NCBI GenBank assembly: GCA_027073795.1
Contig: JALTEW010000492.1
Span: forward strand, 1 to 39,273
DNA: 39,273 nt
Source of the DNA: a bacterium
Lineage (GTDB): Bacteria; Desulfobacterota; S145-22
Direction of reading: 5' to 3'
Shown here: piece after piece, positions 34,221 through 39,273 of the stretch
Layout of the letters: every line of letters starts with the position of its first letter
Position numbering within the stretch: position 1 is the first letter of the stretch
Program-made: the position numbers and the translations under genes
Notes under the pieces: model-generated
The model's input: only the letters and a program-made list of their open reading frames with translations
What the model was told of the DNA's origin: nothing
Databases searched by the model: none

Positions 34221-35326
34221 CACGGTTGTTCCCCTTGGGAGAGCTCCCGCTCCAGTTTACGGCTGTAGTTGGACATGGAAAAGCATCCCAGAAAGTAGAG
34301 GATGGCGATAAAGATATAGGCTTCAGGGGAGAAGCCCATCCACTTGGGGTGTGAGAGAACAGACTGGGTGGTCTTCATCAGGTCCCAGAGGGCAATGATG
34401 ACCACAAGGGAGGTGTCCTTGAAGGCCGAAATGAGGATACTCACTGTGGGGGGAATCACAATTTTCAGTGCCTGGGGGAGGATGATGAGGCGCATGGTCA
34501 GAACATAGTTCAGCCCCAGCGATTCCGCTGCCTCGTACTGGCCCTTTGAAATTCCCTGGAGGCCCCCACGGACTACTTCGGCGATATACGCCGCGGTAAA
34601 CAGGATGATGGCTACCTGCGCGCGGAGAATCTTGTTGATGGTAACTCCTTCGGGAAGGAAGAGAGGAAAAATGATGGAAGCCATGAACAGAAGGCTGATA
34701 AGGGGAACGCCACGGATCAATTCGATATAGAGGATGGATAACCACCTGATTCCCGGCATTTTGGAGCGTCTCCCTAACGCAAGGACCACGCCCAGGGGAT
34801 AGGCAGCCGTAAGCCCGAAGACGGAGAGAAGAAGGGTTAGGGGAAGCCCGCCCCATTGGGTGCTTTCAACGGATGTAAGGCCGAAGATACCCCCCTTCAT
34901 CAGCGTCCCCATGACAAAGAGACCTACAACCCAGATATAGATCAGGGATTTTTTCCAGTGTTTATTGTTACTGCTGTAGTATAAAAGTCCAAAGAGCAAG
35001 AGCATGGCGATAAGCGGGCGCCACTGTTGGACGTAGGGATAAAAGCCGAAGATAATAAATCGGATGTTGGAAGTGACGACCGACCAGCAGGCACCGGCAG
35101 CCTTTTTGCACGCGTCCGCATGGTCAGGGCACCAGACACTGTCGATGAAGGCCCACCGTATGAATGGGGGGATGATTTTGTAGAATATGAAAAGGGTAAT
35201 AAGGGTCAGGAACGAATTAAGGTAACCATTGAACAGGTTTTTCCGTATCCAGCCGATGACGCCCACACTCGTGACAGGCGGTTTCAAGACTTCTGCCTGG
35301 ATTTCCTGGGTGTATTCTTCCATCAA
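34220..35326 (-). CDS. aapM: General L-amino-acid ABC transporter permease
   Basis: 368 aa and polytopic, with the EAA-loop region GQYEAAESLGLNYVLTMRLIILPQALKIVIPP. Its position and size match AapM. Confidence 0.88.
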   Translation of the reverse strand: MMEEYTQEIQAEVLKPPVTSVGVIGWIRKNLFNGYLNSFLTLITLFIFYKIIPPFIRWAFIDSVWCPDHADACKKAAGACWSVVTSNIRFIIFGFYPYVQQWRPLIAMLLLFGLLYYSSNNKHWKKSLIYIWVVGLFVMGTLMKGGIFGLTSVESTQWGGLPLTLLLSVFGLTAAYPLGVVLALGRRSKMPGIRWLSILYIELIRGVPLISLLFMASIIFPLFLPEGVTINKILRAQVAIILFTAAYIAEVVRGGLQGISKGQYEAAESLGLNYVLTMRLIILPQALKIVIPPTVSILISAFKDTSLVVIIALWDLMKTTQSVLSHPKWMGFSPEAYIFIAILYFLGCFSMSNYSRKLERELSQGEQP

Positions 35327-35330
35327 ACGC

Positions 35331-36536
35331 CTATCTTTCCACGAGGGCCGCTTTTTTGTTGTACCAGTTCATGAAGGCAGAGGTTGAGAGGCTAAAGATA
35401 AGATAAACCGCCATAATCAAGGCAACCCCCTCCACCGCTTGGCCTGTCTGGTTGATACAGGTATTGGCAACAGAAACGAAATCGGGAAATCCGATGGCCA
35501 CGGCCAAAGAGCTGTTTTTGGTCAGGTTAAGCATCTGGCTCGTCAGGGGGGGGATAATGACCCGCATGGCCTGAGGCAAGATGACAAGGTTCAGCACATA
35601 AGGCGGTTTCAGCCCTAAAGCCATGGCCGCTTCCCGCTGCCCCTTGTTGACGGACTGGATACCGGCACGGACGACCTCCGCCACAAAGGCGGAAGTATAG
35701 AGAACAAGCCCTGTAAGAAGAGCGATAAATTCTGGGCTTAACATAATGCCCCCCTTGAAATTGAAGCCGACAAGGCGTGGGGCATCTATCTTGATGGGGG
35801 CGCCGGATACCAGCCATGTGATAAGGGGAAAGCCAAGAATCATTGCCGTGGACGTGATGAAGACAGGAAAGATCTTTCCCGTTTCTTCCTGACGCTTTCT
35901 AGCCCACTTTCTTAAGAAATAGGAGACCACACAGCCCACGAGGAGGGCGAGAAACATATACTTGTAGGTGGGGATGGAGGCTGGGATCGGCAGAGCTACC
36001 CCGCGGTTGCTTAGGAACAACCCCTTGACGGGATGAAGGGCCTGCCTGGGAGAAGGAAGGGTTTCGTAAAAAATCGCATACCAGAAAAACAGTTGAAGCA
36101 GAACCGGGATGTCCTGCATGACCTCGATGTAAAGCCCGGCAAGTTTTGAAACCAGCCAGTTTGTTGAAAGGCGGGCAATGCCGATAATGGTTCCTATAAC
36201 CAGGGTAACGATAATTCCAATAAAAGAAACCTTCAGGGTATTGAGGGCACCAACCAGCAGGGCCCGGCCATAACTGCTTGCGGCAGAGTAGGAAATGACA
36301 GATTCCCCAATCTCGAAGGAGGATTCCTTGTGTAAAAACCCAAATCCTGTGGCGATATGCTGCCGCTTGAGATTTAAGACGGTATTTGAAACGAGGTAGT
36401 AAGCCAGAAGACCTACCATGCAAAAAACCACGATCTGGTAGAAAACGGCCCGCTTTTTCGGATCGAGCCAGAAGGGGACCTTTTCGATTTCCCTGAGATA
36501 TGGGTTGGGGGTGAGATGTGTTTCCGATTTATCCAC
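35331..36536 (-). CDS. aapQ: General L-amino-acid ABC transporter permease
   Basis: 401 aa with a GTG start and the EAA-loop region GQREAAMALGLKPPYVLNLVILPQAMRVIIPP. Its position and size match AapQ. Confidence 0.88.
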   Translation of the reverse strand: MDKSETHLTPNPYLREIEKVPFWLDPKKRAVFYQIVVFCMVGLLAYYLVSNTVLNLKRQHIATGFGFLHKESSFEIGESVISYSAASSYGRALLVGALNTLKVSFIGIIVTLVIGTIIGIARLSTNWLVSKLAGLYIEVMQDIPVLLQLFFWYAIFYETLPSPRQALHPVKGLFLSNRGVALPIPASIPTYKYMFLALLVGCVVSYFLRKWARKRQEETGKIFPVFITSTAMILGFPLITWLVSGAPIKIDAPRLVGFNFKGGIMLSPEFIALLTGLVLYTSAFVAEVVRAGIQSVNKGQREAAMALGLKPPYVLNLVILPQAMRVIIPPLTSQMLNLTKNSSLAVAIGFPDFVSVANTCINQTGQAVEGVALIMAVYLIFSLSTSAFMNWYNKKAALVER

Positions 36537-36578
36537 TGTCGGTTGGCCTCATCTCATGAATCAGTTGGTTGCAGCGGC

Positions 36579-36621
36579 ACAAAGAGAAAAGGCAGGCATT
36601 CCATCGCGTGGCATACCTGCC
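36579..36621 (-). terminator. Terminator or attenuator hairpin after the binding-protein gene aapJ
   Basis: The minus-strand RNA folds as GGCAGGUAUGCC-ACGCGAU-GGAAUGCCUGCC, a 12-position stem with one wobble and one mismatch, followed by UUUUCUCUUUG. It lies 12 nt after the aapJ stop. Confidence 0.5.
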
Positions 36622-36632
36622 CTTTCCATCGA

Positions 36633-37652
36633 TTAACGGAACGGGGCGGCGTACATCAGGCCACCTTTTGTCCAAAGCGCATTCAAGCCGCGTTTCAGTC
36701 CAAGGGCTGTATTGACGCCCACATTGCGCTCAAAGATTTCGCCGTAGTTACCTACCTGCTTGATGATGTTGTAAGCCCATTTGTTGTCGAGGCCCAGATC
36801 TTTTCCAAGCCCGGGTGTCACACCTAAAAAGCGCTTGACCCTCGGGTCACTGCTTTTGAGCATCTCGTCGACATTCTTTGAGGTAATTCCCAGTTCCTCT
36901 GCCTGAATGAGGGCCATGACCGTCCAGTTGACAATGTCATACCACTGGTCATCGCCATGCCGAACCACAGGCGCCAAGGGCTCCTTGGAGATAATCTCTG
37001 GAAGGAGCACGTAATCCTTGGGGTTGGGCGCGATGGACCGGATAGCCGCAAGCTGAGAGGAGTCGGAGGTAATCACGTCGCAGCGCCCGGCAAAGAAGGC
37101 CTTGTTGAGTTCCGAGGTCTGTTCGATGACCACCGGTTTCCACTTCATTCCGTTCTTCCGGAAAAAGTCAGCAGCGTTCATCTCGGTAGTGGTACCAGGG
37201 AGGACGCACACCGTGGCTCCGTTCAATTCCTTGGCGCTCTTGATGCCCAGTTTCTTGGGAACGAGGAATCCTTGGCCGTCATAAAAATTCACGTGGCAGA
37301 AATTGAGGCCATTCACGGTCTCACGGGTCAGGGTTTGGGTGGTATTCCGGCAGAGCACATCGATTTCCTTTGACTGAAGCGCCGGGAGCCGCTGGACGGC
37401 TGTGAGGGCGATGTATTTTATCTTGCTGGCATCTCCAAAGACCGCCACAGCGATCGCCTTGGCAGTGTCCACATCAAGCCCTTTCCAGACGCCCTTTTTA
37501 TCCGGCATACTGAAGCCGAAAACACCGCCATTGACCCCTACCTTAAGGTATCCCCTCTGACGAACATCCTGGAGCGTTCCTGCCATGGCTGTGACTGTCA
37601 TGGCAACAAATACCACGGCGACCAGTAAAGCAATAATCTTGAAACGTTTCAT
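36633..37652 (-). CDS. aapJ: General L-amino-acid ABC transporter periplasmic binding protein
   Basis: 339 aa with a signal peptide. By recollection it is collinear with Rhizobium AapJ: YDGQGFLVPKK, ISKEPLAPVVRHGDDQWYDIVNWTVMALIQAEELGIT, GNYGEIFERNVG and GLNALWTKGGLMYAAPFR. Confidence 0.9.
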   Translation of the reverse strand: MKRFKIIALLVAVVFVAMTVTAMAGTLQDVRQRGYLKVGVNGGVFGFSMPDKKGVWKGLDVDTAKAIAVAVFGDASKIKYIALTAVQRLPALQSKEIDVLCRNTTQTLTRETVNGLNFCHVNFYDGQGFLVPKKLGIKSAKELNGATVCVLPGTTTEMNAADFFRKNGMKWKPVVIEQTSELNKAFFAGRCDVITSDSSQLAAIRSIAPNPKDYVLLPEIISKEPLAPVVRHGDDQWYDIVNWTVMALIQAEELGITSKNVDEMLKSSDPRVKRFLGVTPGLGKDLGLDNKWAYNIIKQVGNYGEIFERNVGVNTALGLKRGLNALWTKGGLMYAAPFR

Positions 37653-37820
37653 AGCTCCCTCCTGTTACAGGTTAACAGTCAACATGGGGCACACGAAGTT
37701 CCCACACCCTTTCCCCTCGCCGATTTTTTCCGGCTAAGAGGTAAACACACCTGACGGCTGATTGAATAAGGAATCCGTTTGTCCGGGAACGTGCTTCTGA
37801 TGATCATGATGTTTTACATA

Positions 37821-37889
37821 TCATAAAGATTTGGTTGTGTTCAAGTCCGACGGTTTCAAAAGTTTTGATGGTTTTTTGTGTTTTATCAT
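37821..37889 (-). CDS. Candidate 22-codon small ORF or leader peptide upstream of aapJ (speculative)
   Basis: The minus strand reads AAGGAGGGGGAA-ATG, then MIKHKKPSKLLKPSDLNTTKSL-stop. It has a near-ideal SD and spacing and lies about 170 nt upstream of the aapJ ATG. There is no homology evidence and it is below the track's length cut-off. Confidence 0.2.
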   Translation of the reverse strand: MIKHKKPSKLLKPSDLNTTKSL

Positions 37890-38061
37890 TTCCCCCTCCT
37901 TTACTTTTTTAGCTTAACCACGAGGAAAGACCATCAAAAACGCCCTCACCATAGGAAACAAGTCAAAAAGCAAGGTGCCTCTGCCACTGGAAATTTGGGT
38001 ATTTTTCAGGTAATTAATCAGATATTCCTTAAAAGTGGAGACTGATCAGGAGGTAGCACAG

Positions 38062-39273
38062 ATGAAAATAGCAATTCTGGTGCCAACATGGGACACAAGG
38101 TCTTGGAATCAATTGGATCCGGGCAACGTGTTCGGAACCCTTTTCACAAAGATGTTGAAGGAAAGGGGGGAAGAGGTCACCCTTTTCCCTATTGGAATGG
38201 GAGATCGTCCAAGAGCACAGTCCAACTGGTATGTCTCTTCAACACTTCACGCCTTGCACATGTTTTTCGCGAAAGCGGAAGGGTTTGACCTCATTCATAA
38301 TCACTTGGGGCTTTTCCCCCTCCTCTGTAATCCTGCTCCCACGATTCCTGTTCTAACGACTTTCTATGCCCCTTTGACTCAGGAGGAAATCACCTTTATT
38401 CAGAACTCTCCTTCTCTGCTTTTCTATACATCTGCGTGCGGCGAACAGGTTGCTGAAGCCCCCACGTTCCTGCCTGCCGTTACCCCGGGCCTTAATCCTA
38501 CAACGAACGATAACGATTCATCTCCCGGCTCCCATCTCATTTATGCCGGTCCCATCCATCCCGATTACGCCGTTCATGAATGCATTGAGGTTGCACTGGA
38601 TACCCGATCGGAACTGTTCATCACCGGGCCTGTTGAGAATTCTATCTATTTTTCCCGCACAGTAGAACCCCTCATCGATGGCCGGCAGATAAAATATTCG
38701 GAAGAGTTCAGCAAAGACTTCTCTTCTGAGCTGGCACGGGCAAGGGCCTTTCTTAACGGTTTCAAAAAGGGATCTTCTCTTAACCCCTTGGTTTTAAGGG
38801 CGCTCGCACACGGTGTTCCCGTCATAACGGTCCCCTCCCCATGCCTGGAAAGCCTCATCAAAAACGGCGAGAATGGATTTGTCGTTGAGGATAAATCCGA
38901 GGCCATCCACGCCGTTCAACAGGTCAACTCCATTGACAGAGCCGCCTGCCGCGTCAAGCCCGAACAACACTTTAATATCTCCGAGATGATTGAACAAATG
39001 CTTTCTCTCTACAAGAAAGTTCATGCCCTTACTCGCCGGGAAGACCACAGACCCTGGGGGTATTACGTCGTCTTGGCAGACAACCCTGATCACAAAGTGA
39101 AACGCATCGTGGTATGGCCAGAAAAACGGTTGAGCCTGCAACGCCATAAACGGCGTTCTGAACACTGGCATATCGTCGATGGAAAGGCTATCGTAACCCT
39201 AAACGACAACACCATTCCCCTTGAGGCAGGGGAATCGGTGGATATTCCAAAAGGCACGGCCCACAGAATTCAG
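38062..39273 (+). CDS. 3'-partial fusion protein: GT4-like (GT-B) glycosyltransferase domain joined to a ManC/type II phosphomannose-isomerase cupin domain
   Basis: This ORF is not in the track because it runs off the window. I read 404 stop-free codons from ATG 38062, which has AGGAGG 9 nt upstream. The N-terminus MKIAILVP...FDLIHNHLG... and HGVPVITVPSPCLESLIKNGENGFVVED are GT-B-like. From about 39040, RPWGYYVVL...HKVKRIVVWPEKRLSLQRHKRRSEHWHIVDGKAIV...GESVDIPKGTAHRIQ matches the ManC C-terminal cupin. Confidence 0.75.
   Translation, partial: MKIAILVPTWDTRSWNQLDPGNVFGTLFTKMLKERGEEVTLFPIGMGDRPRAQSNWYVSSTLHALHMFFAKAEGFDLIHNHLGLFPLLCNPAPTIPVLTTFYAPLTQEEITFIQNSPSLLFYTSACGEQVAEAPTFLPAVTPGLNPTTNDNDSSPGSHLIYAGPIHPDYAVHECIEVALDTRSELFITGPVENSIYFSRTVEPLIDGRQIKYSEEFSKDFSSELARARAFLNGFKKGSSLNPLVLRALAHGVPVITVPSPCLESLIKNGENGFVVEDKSEAIHAVQQVNSIDRAACRVKPEQHFNISEMIEQMLSLYKKVHALTRREDHRPWGYYVVLADNPDHKVKRIVVWPEKRLSLQRHKRRSEHWHIVDGKAIVTLNDNTIPLEAGESVDIPKGTAHRIQ

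Noticed and set aside
1-39273. I searched for CRISPR arrays, tRNA/rRNA/tmRNA genes, transposases, integrases, phage genes, toxin-antitoxin pairs and known defence-system hallmarks.
   Set aside because: I saw no direct-repeat/spacer array, no tRNA-like cloverleaf in any intergenic region, and no ORF with recombinase, nuclease/helicase-defence or reverse-transcriptase signatures. The window reads as core chromosome.

Overview
I read this 39.3-kb window as a chromosomal segment of a diderm, probably anaerobic bacterium. The diderm call rests on TolC, LolA and KdsB. The anaerobic call rests on a PFOR-type 2-oxoacid oxidoreductase, CooC and radical SAM enzymes. Strong GGAGG-type Shine-Dalgarno sites are common. 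All calls come from reading the ORF translations and DNA by eye; no BLAST, HMM or folding was run. About 36 protein genes are supportable and most are core housekeeping. In order they are: two tandem radical SAM genes; a four-gene 2-oxoacid:ferredoxin oxidoreductase operon preceded by an XRE-cupin regulator; TolC plus a periplasmic adaptor; a TAXI-TRAP transporter with an overlapping FAD oxidoreductase; a lipoprotein cassette; ArsR and ThiF/MoeB; miaA-hfq-scpB-rluB; a YihY-family protein; kdsB; cooC; plsC; rnj-ftsK-lolA-mgtE-recO; a group II PLP decarboxylase; aapJQMP; and a 3'-truncated glycosyltransferase-cupin fusion that is missing from the ORF track because it runs off the window. I found no CRISPR array, tRNA or rRNA, transposase, integrase, phage gene or recognisable defence system, and I do not see a clear-cut novel multi-gene system. 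The items most worth follow-up are: (1) the oxidoreductase operon, whose delta-ferredoxin slot holds a 570-aa GltD/NfnB-like NAD(P)H flavoprotein fusion; (2) the uncharacterised radical SAM pair at the window edge; (3) a GT4-like domain that seems to lack the EX7E acidic pair, fused to a ManC-type cupin; (4) a frameshifted, truncated pyruvoyl-decarboxylase relic next to the PLP decarboxylase; (5) an unusually long structured spacer inside the TAXI-TRAP operon; and (6) a small membrane protein that seems to need a non-canonical start codon.
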